DNA of 64,000 nucleotides from an uncultured Chryseobacterium sp. (GCA_964385405.1 CAYLOT010000002.1:62168-126167); one strand, 5' to 3'. Positions 39,452 to 48,686 are shown, counted from the first letter of the stretch. Notes: generated from the sequence alone by a model not told the origin. Numbers and translations: made by a program.

Positions 39452-40861
39452 ATGAAAACGAGTGAAATCTTCTCAAGGGCGAGCGCAATAGCTGCTGAAC
39501 CGCTCAAGGAAATAGACAGCTTCAAGTTGAACGAAGTCTTCGACGAATTGAGAAGAAGAACTCCGAGATCTTTTCAATTAACCGAAAGGGCGAAGCACGT
39601 TTTGCCAAATGGTTCTCAACATACCTTGCCGCTATCAAATCCTTATCCGTTCTTCATGAATAAGGGAACCGGAAGTCGTTTACAAGATGTAGACGGAAAT
39701 GAATATGTAGATTATATTCTAAGTGGGGGTGCTATAATTCTTGGGCACAACGACGAAGGTTTGACCAACACCATTCAAGATTTACTTCAGAACAAAACAA
39801 ATTTTCACGGTCATTTCGATGAGCTTGAAATTGAAGCGGCGGAGAAGGTCATTGACTTTTTTCCTTCGATTGAAAAAGTGAGATTTACTTCGAGCGGAAG
39901 TGAAGCCAATTCTGGAGCCATTAAGATTGCACGCGCCGTTACAGGGAAGAAGAAGCTCATTAAATTTCTTGGGCATTATCACGGATGGGCTAGTGAATAC
40001 CTCATGGACGTTGAGGTTCCGGGGTCTGGGAAATTCGTAACGAATGGAATTCCAGACGAGCATATGGATCAAACAGTTTTGGTTCCTCCAAACGATTTGA
40101 ATGCGTTGGAAGAAGCCTTCAAGGCGAACGAACATTCGGGTGGAATAGCCGCAGTTATTATCGAGCCTTATGGCGCAGAATCAGGTCTTGTGCCCATTGA
40201 TGAAGACTTTAATGCACAAGCAATAGCATTGACTCATAAATATGGAGCGTTGTATATTTTCGATGAAGTGGTAACCGGATTTCGTTTAGGAAAAGGCGGT
40301 GCGCAACAGCGTTTGAATGTAACTCCAGATTTAACCACACTCGGAAAGGGGCTCATGAATGGATTTCCTTCTTGCGGGGCCATTGGTGGAAGAAAAGAAC
40401 TTATGGATGCCGCCAACATTAGCATTCCATATGCTCATCCATATACCTATATAGCAGGAACGCTCTCGGGTAATACGCTGTCAATGGCCGCTTGTAATTA
40501 TGTGGTGAACAGGCTTGCCACAACCAATCTGCTTGAGCATGCTGAAGCAACTGCGAGTGATTTAACCAAGAAGCTGAATGCGCTATTTGCCTCATACGAT
40601 TCAGACTTCTTTGCATACAACTATGGAAACATACTTCGTGTTGAATTAACGGCGCCGCATGCCGTTCCGCTCACTTCAGCAGAGGCCTTGAACGAAGTGG
40701 TTCAACGCAGAAAAATATTGTCGAGCTATTCAGCAATAGTTTCTTCTGCTGGGGTGCTTTCTCGTAATGGACGAGATTTTGTGAGTTGTGCGCAAACAGT
40801 TGAAGACAACGATAAGTATGTAATGGCTTATGAAAAATTATTGAATTCATTTGTGAAATGA
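39452..40861 (+). CDS. class-III (GSA-aminomutase-like) PLP-dependent aminotransferase
   Basis: Class-III fingerprints FDEVVTGFRLG and PLP-lysine context TTLGKGLMNGFP. 469 aa. Its stop/start overlaps the SDR gene (ATGA). Confidence 0.8.
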   Translation: MKTSEIFSRASAIAAEPLKEIDSFKLNEVFDELRRRTPRSFQLTERAKHVLPNGSQHTLPLSNPYPFFMNKGTGSRLQDVDGNEYVDYILSGGAIILGHNDEGLTNTIQDLLQNKTNFHGHFDELEIEAAEKVIDFFPSIEKVRFTSSGSEANSGAIKIARAVTGKKKLIKFLGHYHGWASEYLMDVEVPGSGKFVTNGIPDEHMDQTVLVPPNDLNALEEAFKANEHSGGIAAVIIEPYGAESGLVPIDEDFNAQAIALTHKYGALYIFDEVVTGFRLGKGGAQQRLNVTPDLTTLGKGLMNGFPSCGAIGGRKELMDAANISIPYAHPYTYIAGTLSGNTLSMAACNYVVNRLATTNLLEHAEATASDLTKKLNALFASYDSDFFAYNYGNILRVELTAPHAVPLTSAEALNEVVQRRKILSSYSAIVSSAGVLSRNGRDFVSCAQTVEDNDKYVMAYEKLLNSFVK

Positions 40862-41649
40862 AGCAGCGTATTTTAATCACGGGTATTTCAAAGGGAATAG
40901 GAAGAGCCATAGCAGAGGACCTAAATAGAAAGGGCTTTGAAGTTTATGGGACTTCAAGGAATGTTGAAAAAATTCAAGACAAGATTGAAGGGGTTCACTA
41001 CCGCGAATTGAATTTGAGTAGTGAAGAATCCATAGTAGCCTGTTTTGAAAGTCTTCCAGAGATGGATGTCCTGATTAACAATGCAGGTCAAAGTCAGATG
41101 GGGCCGGCAGAGAATATTTCGAATGATAAGGTTCGAGAAATTTTCGAAGTGAATTTCTTTGGAACAATTCTCTTGGCAAAGAAGTTTGCGCAGCGAATGC
41201 GCGAAAGAGGAGCGGGGAGAATCATTAATATTGGAACGTTGTCAGGCTCTTTCGCAATGCCATTTCAATCGACTTATGGATCTTCCAAAATAGCTTTAAC
41301 AACTTGGTCGCTTTGTTTGCGAAAGGAAATGAAGCCCTTCGGTGTGCACATCACGATGGTTGAACCATTTTACATCAACAGTGGTATTCAATTGGAATTC
41401 ATTTGTCCAGAAGGCTCAGCTTACAAAGCAACTGCAGATCACGTCTATCGCAGAAGAAACGAAAAGATGAATTCGGCTGTGAGTCCGGAAGAGTTGGTTC
41501 AAACCATTAATAAAATCATTAGCACGAAAAAACCGAAGGGGATTTATGTTTCAGAGAGGAGGGGAAGGATGTTCCGATTTATCAAGCGTTTCCTTCCCGA
41601 TTCAACAGTAGAAAAATTAACCTTGAAATCCTTGGGGTTGAAATGCTAA
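40858..41649 (+). CDS. short-chain dehydrogenase/reductase (SDR)
   Basis: ILITGISKGIGRAIA cofactor motif, NNAG, catalytic YGSSK. Confidence 0.8.
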   Translation: MKQRILITGISKGIGRAIAEDLNRKGFEVYGTSRNVEKIQDKIEGVHYRELNLSSEESIVACFESLPEMDVLINNAGQSQMGPAENISNDKVREIFEVNFFGTILLAKKFAQRMRERGAGRIINIGTLSGSFAMPFQSTYGSSKIALTTWSLCLRKEMKPFGVHITMVEPFYINSGIQLEFICPEGSAYKATADHVYRRRNEKMNSAVSPEELVQTINKIISTKKPKGIYVSERRGRMFRFIKRFLPDSTVEKLTLKSLGLKC

Positions 41650-41846
41650 ATCAAATCGAAAAAATGAAATTTCAGATAAAGAAATATACGCTTGGATGCA
41701 GGTGTATAGGGCTTAGCGGAATGGTCCTGCCTAAGTCCACTCACAGAAATTTCATTGAACAACAATTCTGTTCTCGTTGAAATTCCAGACTTCACCAGAG
41801 GCAGTTGGAACAAACTCAAGAAAGTCGAATTCGCGAAATAAGAATA

Positions 41847-41880
41847 AAGAAAAAGCCTCGATTTCTCGAGACTTTTTTTT
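41847..41880. terminator. bidirectional terminator shared by the SDR operon (+) and tmRNA (-)
   Basis: aaaaagcctcga-tttc-tcgag(a)c-ttttttttt has a stem CTCGA/TCGAG with an A-run on one side and T9 on the other. It lies exactly between the SDR stop and the tmRNA 3' end. Confidence 0.6.
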
Positions 41881-42274
41881 GTGGACCCGGCGGGGTTCGA
41901 ACCCGCGTCCAAACAAGGAATCAAAGAGGTTTCTACATGCTTAGTTATTTGTTGGTTTTCGACAAGAACCAGGAAAATAACATCCAAGTTCTGGCTTATC
42001 CTGTGTGTTTAACCTCCGACTACAGAATTTGTCTTTGGCGATCTCCCTTTGATGAAGCCTCATTACCAACTACCAGGAGCGGGGTCGTTGGCGAGACTTA
42101 CTTGTCTAACTCCTTGAGCTAGATTAAGCGTAATCACATCCTGTGATTAGGCAGCAAGTGCGTATGAATTGTTGTCAGTTATGACTGATACCCCGAGATT
42201 AAAGAGCGAGAATACCAAGCGCTCTGCATGCTTGCTAGTTGCTTCTTCTTGCTGTCAAATCCAAGGTCGGGCCC
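41881..42274 (-). ncRNA. ssrA: tmRNA (ssrA), transfer-messenger RNA
   Basis: Minus-strand 5' end GGGCCCG pairs with the 3' end CGGGTCC-A (G3-U70 wobble as in tRNA-Ala). T-arm GCGGG-TTCGAAC-CCCGC. Internal tag ORF (coding 42147-42176, minus) reads ...D-N-N-S-Y-A-L-A-A-stop. Total about 394 nt. CCA is not fully encoded (ACAA). Confidence 0.85.
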
Positions 42275-42299
42275 TAAACTGTAGCACAGAATTGCACTG

Positions 42300-42336
42300 C
42301 AAAATTAGTCTATTTGAAAGGCGATTGCAAGGAACT
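42300..42336 (-). promoter_or_regulatory. Bacteroidetes-type promoter for ssrA (-33 TTG, -7 TAATTTTG)
   Basis: The minus strand reads ccTTGcaatcgcctttcaaatagacTAATTTTG, then 25 nt, then GGGCCCG. The 20-nt spacer matches the sigma-A(Bfr) consensus TTG-N19-21-TAnnTTTG. The 25 nt to the mature 5' end is consistent with an RNase P-processed precursor. Confidence 0.5.
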
Positions 42337-42370
42337 TGCAACTTATCTTCGCAAACCCATTTTCAATTCA

Positions 42371-43585
42371 ATGACGACAATTAAAATTGGTATTATTCAA
42401 GAAAGGAAATCACCACCCGATTTCAGAGTGCCACTGACTCCAGCTCAATGCAAGCTGGTCATGGATCAATTTCCTCAGATTGAAATAATTGTGGAATCAA
42501 GCCCGCACCGCTGCTTTGCAGATAAAGAATACATTGAGCAAGGAGTTTCAATTCACTCAGATGTGTCACACTGTGATGTTTTGTTTGGTGTGAAGGAAGT
42601 TCCTGTTGACGCTCTTATTCCAAGTAAAAAATATTTCTTCTTTTCTCATACACTGAAGAAGCAGCCGTACAATGCAAAGCTCCTTGCTGCTATTTTAGAT
42701 AAGAAGATTTCGTTGGTAGATTACGAAGCTCTGAAGGGAGCCGACGGAAAACGAATCATCGGTTTCGGAAGATACGCAGGCATTGTAGGGGTGTATGAAG
42801 GAGTAAGAACATTCGGATTGAAGCACAACCGCTTCAACATTCCTTCACCAATCACGCTGAGTGGAAGGGCGGAGTTTGATGCCATTTTAAAAAGTGCCGA
42901 TCTTGGAAACGTACGCGCCGTTCTTTCCGGATGGGGTAGAGTAGGGAACGGAGCGCAAGAAATGATGGACCTGCTTAATCTAAAAAGAGTTTCTCCTCAA
43001 GAGTTCCTTCAAAACCCAAATGAGATTGGTGTTTACACGCACATAGACACTCCCGAGATGTATGCGCGAATCGACGGAACACCTTTCCATAAATCAGACT
43101 TTTATTCAAACCCCCATTTGTATGCGAGTACTTTAGGAGAATACGTGAAGCACGCAGACATATACTTCGCTTGCCACTTGTGGAACGCGAAAAACCCAAT
43201 TTTACTCGACCAGTCTTTCTTTCAACAAAACACGCGATGCAAAGTAGTTGCCGACGTATCGTGCGATTTGAATGGTCCCATTGCCTGTACCATTAAAGCA
43301 AGCAAAGTGAGCGATTCAGTTTTCGGATACGATCCAATAACCGGATTGGAAGTTGACTTTCGAAATGAAAATGCTGTCGCAGTCATGTCAATCGACAACC
43401 TTCCTTGTGAACTTCCAAAAGATGCAAGTGAAGATTTCGGAAATGAAATCATGAATAGCATATTACCCGCATTGGTGAATAACGATGCCGAAGGCATTTT
43501 GTGGAAGGGGACAGAAACAACTTTTGAAGGAACCCTAACTCCTCATTTCGAATACCTTTCAGATTACGTGGCTACTGCGCGCTAA
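42371..43585 (+). CDS. saccharopine dehydrogenase / alanine-dehydrogenase-PNT-like NAD(P) oxidoreductase
   Basis: Start at MTTIKIGIIQERKSPPDFRVPLTP (AlaDh/PNT N-domain pattern). Rossmann-like GFGRYAGIVGV. About 404 aa. Confidence 0.55.
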   Translation: MTTIKIGIIQERKSPPDFRVPLTPAQCKLVMDQFPQIEIIVESSPHRCFADKEYIEQGVSIHSDVSHCDVLFGVKEVPVDALIPSKKYFFFSHTLKKQPYNAKLLAAILDKKISLVDYEALKGADGKRIIGFGRYAGIVGVYEGVRTFGLKHNRFNIPSPITLSGRAEFDAILKSADLGNVRAVLSGWGRVGNGAQEMMDLLNLKRVSPQEFLQNPNEIGVYTHIDTPEMYARIDGTPFHKSDFYSNPHLYASTLGEYVKHADIYFACHLWNAKNPILLDQSFFQQNTRCKVVADVSCDLNGPIACTIKASKVSDSVFGYDPITGLEVDFRNENAVAVMSIDNLPCELPKDASEDFGNEIMNSILPALVNNDAEGILWKGTETTFEGTLTPHFEYLSDYVATAR

Positions 43586-44330
43586 AGGTGAAGGAAATGG
43601 TTCCCGATTGTGCTTTGCTGGAAGAACCGCTGAAGAGCCAACGCAGCGCATAGGCAACCGATTCTGAAGATAGGCAGGCGTCTTTGGAAGAACGTGTTTC
43701 GTCCAATTTAGCGTTCACGACTTTTCCCCATTCATCAACGGTAATGTTTATTACTACTGTTCCCGCTCCTTTGCATTTATAAGTAGGCTTAGGTGCCTGC
43801 TTAACGCTTCTGCCGCTCAAAGTAAATGTTGCAGTAACAGGACCGGAATAACTGGTGTTTCCACCTTGCTCAGTTGAACTGTTTGAGTTGTTAGAAGAAG
43901 TTGAACGTTCGGTAGGATTTGCAAAGCCAGCTGAATGGTCCGTATGATTTGTCAGAAGCTGTTCACTCATCTGCTTCGCGTAATTCATGGCACTTTGTGA
44001 GCCTTGAGCTCCCGCATTACCCGTTCGGTTTTCATTCCCGGTGTAATTCACTTCCTCATTCACCCGAGCAGATTCGGTCGATGCAATAAGGTTTCGAACA
44101 GCGTCACTCATTTTGGAATTGCCCACATCTTCACCTCCGCCGGCTTCCTCTGGTGGTGCCTCTAACTCAACTTCCATCTCTTGAACAACAGGGACAATAG
44201 GCTTCACAATGAGTTTGTCTGGAGTAGAACTAATAAAATATCCGAACAACATCACGAACGCATAGCCAAGCAGGCCAATGATTATTGACGAAGTCCAGGT
44301 GTTCGATTGTTTCGGATGAAGTTTTATCAT
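43572..44330 (-). CDS. TonB-family energy-transducer-like protein
   Basis: N-terminal TM anchor, a P/E-rich linker (ELEAPPEEAGGGED) and a C-terminal TonB-like domain (GTVVINITVDEWGKVVNAKL...SGTISFTF). Confidence 0.55.
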   Translation of the reverse strand: MIKLHPKQSNTWTSSIIIGLLGYAFVMLFGYFISSTPDKLIVKPIVPVVQEMEVELEAPPEEAGGGEDVGNSKMSDAVRNLIASTESARVNEEVNYTGNENRTGNAGAQGSQSAMNYAKQMSEQLLTNHTDHSAGFANPTERSTSSNNSNSSTEQGGNTSYSGPVTATFTLSGRSVKQAPKPTYKCKGAGTVVINITVDEWGKVVNAKLDETRSSKDACLSSESVAYALRWLFSGSSSKAQSGTISFTFSAQ

Positions 44331-44394
44331 GTTTCAGCAACGAAAATAAGACTTTTATTATTTTCTCTTGCGTTAATTCCATGCTTCACTATAT

Positions 44395-44766
44395 TTGAGT
44401 CAAATATTAAGTACTATGAAAAAGTTTATCGCGTTCGTCGCAGTATCGTTCTTCTTCGCAGGAGTAGCGTCTGCCCAAGTTGAGAATACAACTACAACAA
44501 CTGAAAAGAAAACAGAGTGTGCTAAATCAAAAGAGTGTTGCAGTAAGTCAGCCGCTACTCAAAGCGCTGAAAAGAAAGAGTGTTCTGCTACTAAAACTGA
44601 AGGCAAGTCAGAGTGTTGCACCAAGAGCGCAGCAGCCGATGCTAAGAAAGGAAAGAAAAAAGGAAAAGAATGTTGCTCTAAAGATGCTGCTACAAAAGGC
44701 GAGCAAAAAGAAGGCTGTAAAGAAGGAGAGAAGAAGGATTGTTGCAAAAAGGCCGGAGATAAATAA
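44395..44766 (+). CDS. small secreted Cys/Lys-rich repeat protein (four ECC/DCC doublets)
   Basis: Signal peptide MKKFIAFVAVSFFFAGVASAQ, then repeats K-E-CC-SKSAA / KSECCTKSAAAD / KECCSKDAATKG / KDCCKKAGDK. 123 aa. A strong terminator follows. Confidence 0.6.
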   Translation: MSQILSTMKKFIAFVAVSFFFAGVASAQVENTTTTTEKKTECAKSKECCSKSAATQSAEKKECSATKTEGKSECCTKSAAADAKKGKKKGKECCSKDAATKGEQKEGCKEGEKKDCCKKAGDK

Positions 44767-44789
44767 AGTTTGAAAAAAACGAAATGTTT

Positions 44790-44821
44790 AAACCTCGGTA
44801 TTTCACCGAGGTTTATTTTTG
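44790..44821 (+). terminator. rho-independent terminator
   Basis: aaacctcgg-tatttca-ccgaggttt followed by atttttg. Confidence 0.7.
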
Positions 44822-44841
44822 TCATTAAATGAAGTGTTGAT

Positions 44842-46059
44842 ATGAGCAATTTTGATGTAATAATCATTGGTGGGGGTGTTGTTGGTGCAGCTGCTATGTA
44901 CAAGATACAATCTGCCTATCCAGGAAAGCGCATTCTTTTGTTAGAGAAGGAAAAGAGTTTAGCTGATCACCAAACAGGAAATAACAGTGGAGTCATTCAC
45001 TCGGGTATTTATTATAAACCCGGATCAAAGAAAGCAGTTAACTGTGTGAATGGAAGAAGAGAGTTGGTAGCTTTTGCAAAAGAACATGGTATAAAACATG
45101 ACATATGCGGAAAGCTGATTGTTGCAGTTGAGGAGTCCGAACTTCCATTCTTGAATAAAATTGAAGAACATGGCATCAAGAACGGTATTGAAAATGTTCG
45201 TAGAGTTACATCAAAGGAAATAAGTGAGATTGAACCGCATTGTAAAGGTATTGATGGTCTTTTCATTGGATGTACCGGTATAATTGATTTTAGAGGAGCC
45301 ACTAATAAAATGGCAGAACTTGCAATTAAGGTGAATTCTAGCTCTGAGATACATACTTCGGAGGAGGCTTTGGAGTTCATTCATAATTCAAATTCAACTA
45401 CCGTTGTTACAAGCAAAGGGAGTTACGAATGTTCTTATTTAATTGTCTGCGGAGGTTTGCAAGCTGATCGTCTAGCAAGAAAAGACGGAGTTAAGTTGAA
45501 GGAACAGGTGGTCGGATTTAGAGGAGATTATTATGAGTTAACTGAACAAGCGAAGCACAAAGTAAAAAATCTTATTTATCCTGTCCCGAATCCTGATTTC
45601 CCTTTTTTAGGTGTTCACTTTACAAGAATGGTTGACGGCTCTGTGGAGTGCGGTCCGAATGCGGTATTCACTTTCAAAAGAGAAGGGTACGGTAAAACCG
45701 ATTTTAGCCTGCGCGATACTTGGGATGCGCTCACATACAAGGGGACCTGGAAGTTGTTTTTCTCGAATATCAAATTTGGTATCGACGAATACAGAAGAGC
45801 CTTTAGTAAACGGTTGTTTCTTAAAACGTTGCAAAGAATGGTTCCCGATCTTCAAATGGATGATATCAAACCAGGAAGAGCTGGCGTTCGCGCCTTGTTA
45901 CTTCGTGAAGATGGAGATACGCGTGACGACTTCAGAATAGAATATACAAAAAGGAGCATTCATGTTCTGAATGCTCCTTCTCCTGCAGCAACCGCATGTT
46001 TGGCCATTGGTGGAGATATTCTACAAATGGCCGAAGAACACTTTGGTTGGAAGAAATAA
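44842..46059 (+). CDS. lhgO: L-2-hydroxyglutarate oxidase-like FAD-dependent oxidoreductase
   Basis: N-terminal FDVIIIGGGVVGAAAMYKI...HQTGNNSGVIHSGIYYKPGS matches the LhgO/YgaF start. 405 aa. Confidence 0.75.
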   Translation: MSNFDVIIIGGGVVGAAAMYKIQSAYPGKRILLLEKEKSLADHQTGNNSGVIHSGIYYKPGSKKAVNCVNGRRELVAFAKEHGIKHDICGKLIVAVEESELPFLNKIEEHGIKNGIENVRRVTSKEISEIEPHCKGIDGLFIGCTGIIDFRGATNKMAELAIKVNSSSEIHTSEEALEFIHNSNSTTVVTSKGSYECSYLIVCGGLQADRLARKDGVKLKEQVVGFRGDYYELTEQAKHKVKNLIYPVPNPDFPFLGVHFTRMVDGSVECGPNAVFTFKREGYGKTDFSLRDTWDALTYKGTWKLFFSNIKFGIDEYRRAFSKRLFLKTLQRMVPDLQMDDIKPGRAGVRALLLREDGDTRDDFRIEYTKRSIHVLNAPSPAATACLAIGGDILQMAEEHFGWKK

Positions 46060-46069
46060 ATTCTTCTGA

Positions 46070-46954
46070 TTAGGATATTGCGCCACTGCTTAGTGGTAGA
46101 TCGCGACTCACTTTTCTGAACAGTCCTTGCAATACTTTGCCGGGACCGACTTCAACAACTTCGCTGCAATTGTCTGCAATCATTGCGTTCATGGTTTGGG
46201 TCCAACGCACAGGTGCGGTCAATTGAACAATTAAATTCTTTTTAATTTCTTCCGGATCTGAAACGGCCGAAGCAGTAACGTTTTGGTAAACCGGACAGAT
46301 AGGTGTGTGGAAAGGAGTAGCAGCAATTGCAGCTTCCAATTCTACGCGAGCAGGTTCCATTAGCGGACTGTGAAACGCGCCGCCAACTGGAAGTTTCAAT
46401 GCGCGCTTTGCACCAGCGGCAAGAAGGGCTGCGCATGCTTTATCAATAGCCTCATTCTCTCCTGATATTACCAATTGCCCAGGACAGTTGTAATTCGCGG
46501 CAACCACAACTCCGGGAGTTTCTGCACAAACTTTTTCCACCACTTCATCTTCTAAATTTAAAATGGCGGCCATGGTTGAAGGGTTTGCTTCACAAGCTTT
46601 TTGCATTGCCATTGCGCGTGCATAAACCAATTTCAAAGCATCGGCAAACTCAAGTGTTCCATTAGCTACTAGCGCACTGAATTCCCCTAAGCTATGCCCT
46701 GCAACCATTGAAGGTTGAAAAGAATCGCCCATTGCTTTCGCCATAGCAACACTGTGCAAGAATATGGCTGGTTGCGTTATATTGGTTTGTTTTAACTCTT
46801 CTTCAGTACCATTGAACATGGCGTCGGTTAAACGGAATCCTAAAATTTCATTGGCAGAATCCATTAACTCTTTCGCTACTGCAGAATTTTCATAAAGGTC
46901 CTTGCCCATGCCGGGAAATTGAGAACCTTGTCCAGGAAAAACGTAAGCTTTCAT
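46070..46954 (-). CDS. fabD: malonyl-CoA:ACP transacylase
   Basis: Start re-assigned to MKAYVFPGQGSQFPGMG. Active site GHSLGEFSALVANG. 295 aa. Confidence 0.9.
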   Translation of the reverse strand: MKAYVFPGQGSQFPGMGKDLYENSAVAKELMDSANEILGFRLTDAMFNGTEEELKQTNITQPAIFLHSVAMAKAMGDSFQPSMVAGHSLGEFSALVANGTLEFADALKLVYARAMAMQKACEANPSTMAAILNLEDEVVEKVCAETPGVVVAANYNCPGQLVISGENEAIDKACAALLAAGAKRALKLPVGGAFHSPLMEPARVELEAAIAATPFHTPICPVYQNVTASAVSDPEEIKKNLIVQLTAPVRWTQTMNAMIADNCSEVVEVGPGKVLQGLFRKVSRDLPLSSGAIS

Positions 46955-47035
46955 TATTGTAGTAAATTTGATACGAAAGTAAGTAAATCTCTTTCGAGCC
47001 AAAACCAAGTCATTGGCAATTATTCCCAAAGAAGT

Positions 47036-47998
47036 ATGGATAAATCTATTTACAGGTATCATCGAATAAAACTTGCAAGTTTGCTTTCATTGGCTTTTGT
47101 CTTTCTTTTTTTAGCATACTTATTTTCAGGGGCATTTTTCGTACTTAAATACGTAAATCCAAAGCTTATCTATTGGGATGCTGTGCATCAGGTGATATGC
47201 TCCAGTGCCTTTTGGTTTTTCTTTGTTGTACAATTGTTGGTATACAAAACAGTTGTAATAGTAATCTTGAACACATTTTATAATGAACGTAAAATGACTC
47301 TCATGCAGCAGGAGTTTGTAAATAACGTTACGCATGAGATTAAAACCCCTTTATCTACAATTCTAATGGCCGCTGAAGTGTTGGTAGAGGAAAACATTCA
47401 TAGCAAACCTTTTCGAAGAGATCAATATATTTCAATTATTCGCAACGAGGGAGATAACCTCCGAGAGCAGTTGGATCGAGTGTTAGATGTCTCTCGTATG
47501 TCGGGTGCAGCAGTACATTTAACAAAAGAACGGTTTTCTCCCGAGAGTCAGGCAATTGATGTAATTAAGCGAATGGAATTACAGTTTCGAAATTACAACG
47601 CCACATCGGAAGTCATTTGGGAATCTGGAGAGGCGGAAATTTTTTTCGATAAGAAATCGTTCGATCTCATTTTAACCAATTTGATAGATAATGCTTTGAA
47701 GTACAACATTGCTGAACCACATGTAGTTATTCGGGGAAAGGTTCTTGAGAATAATCTTGTTATTACAGTTGAAGACAATGGAATTGGTATAGAGGAAATA
47801 TACCAGAATCAACTCTTTCATCGGTTCTTTCGTGTGCCTTTGGGCGAGAGGCATCATATCAAAGGATTTGGGTTGGGGTTATACCTTGTAAAACAGTTGA
47901 TGGATGCTCATAAATCTTCTATATTCGTGTCGAGTATTGAAAACGAAGGGACGATAATCACACTGAGAATTCCTCGAGCAAAAACAGACAATGAGTAA
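47036..47998 (+). CDS. sensor histidine kinase
   Basis: Start re-assigned to MDKSIYRY. Two TM helices, H-box HEIKTPLSTI and HATPase N/G boxes (LIDNALKYN, VEDNGIGI, GFGLGL). Confidence 0.75.
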   Translation: MDKSIYRYHRIKLASLLSLAFVFLFLAYLFSGAFFVLKYVNPKLIYWDAVHQVICSSAFWFFFVVQLLVYKTVVIVILNTFYNERKMTLMQQEFVNNVTHEIKTPLSTILMAAEVLVEENIHSKPFRRDQYISIIRNEGDNLREQLDRVLDVSRMSGAAVHLTKERFSPESQAIDVIKRMELQFRNYNATSEVIWESGEAEIFFDKKSFDLILTNLIDNALKYNIAEPHVVIRGKVLENNLVITVEDNGIGIEEIYQNQLFHRFFRVPLGERHHIKGFGLGLYLVKQLMDAHKSSIFVSSIENEGTIITLRIPRAKTDNE

Positions 47999-48686
47999 GA
48001 TTCTTTTGGTTGAAGACGATGAAAATTTGGGTTTCGTAATCCAAGACCAATTGACTGTTTTGGGTCATGAGGTCATTCGTTGCAGATCAGCAAGAGAGGG
48101 ATTACTTGCTCTTGGAAAGGAGATGGTAGATATATGCCTTTTGGATGTCATGATGCCTGTGAAAAGTGGTTTTGCTTTAGCTGAAGATATCAAGAAACTT
48201 TTCCCCGAGATGCCGTTTGTTTTTCTGACGGCGAAGCAACAGTTGTCGGATCGACTCAAAGGACTTTCAATCGGTGCCGATGATTATATTACAAAGCCTT
48301 TTATTATTCAGGAACTAAATTTAAGGATTCAGAATATCATTCGCAGAACCAGAAAGGATGAGACGAAGAATTTTACAGAACTTTATTCAATAGGCAGCTA
48401 TTCTTTTGATAACCTAAATAATTACCTTATCTGGCCAAGCGGAATGCGTCAACATCTGACAAAGAAGGAGGCTAGTTTGCTGAAGGCATTTTGTGAGGGA
48501 AAGGGAAATGTAATGACTCGTGAAAACTTGGCTAATTTAGTTTGGGGTGAAGAGTCTTATTTTGTTGCTCGAACAATGGATGTATACATTGCGAAGCTCA
48601 GGAAATTCTTTGCAGAGGATAGCCGAATTCAGATAATAAATCTTCACGGAGTGGGTTTCCAATTCGTAGTAGAGAGTGAACATTAA
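47991..48686 (+). CDS. OmpR-family winged-helix response regulator
   Basis: ILLVEDDENL, phospho-acceptor D in LLDVMMP, K in LTAK, and a C-terminal winged helix. Overlaps the kinase stop. Confidence 0.85.
   Translation: MSKILLVEDDENLGFVIQDQLTVLGHEVIRCRSAREGLLALGKEMVDICLLDVMMPVKSGFALAEDIKKLFPEMPFVFLTAKQQLSDRLKGLSIGADDYITKPFIIQELNLRIQNIIRRTRKDETKNFTELYSIGSYSFDNLNNYLIWPSGMRQHLTKKEASLLKAFCEGKGNVMTRENLANLVWGEESYFVARTMDVYIAKLRKFFAEDSRIQIINLHGVGFQFVVESEH

Noticed and set aside
41646-42384. Three ORFs in the track (41646-41987 minus, 41805-42122 plus, 42169-42384 plus) as protein-coding genes
   Set aside because: They overlap the tmRNA, its terminator and its promoter. The conserved features there are RNA structural ones (acceptor stem, T-arm, tag frame), not protein-like, and the ORFs have biased, low-complexity translations.
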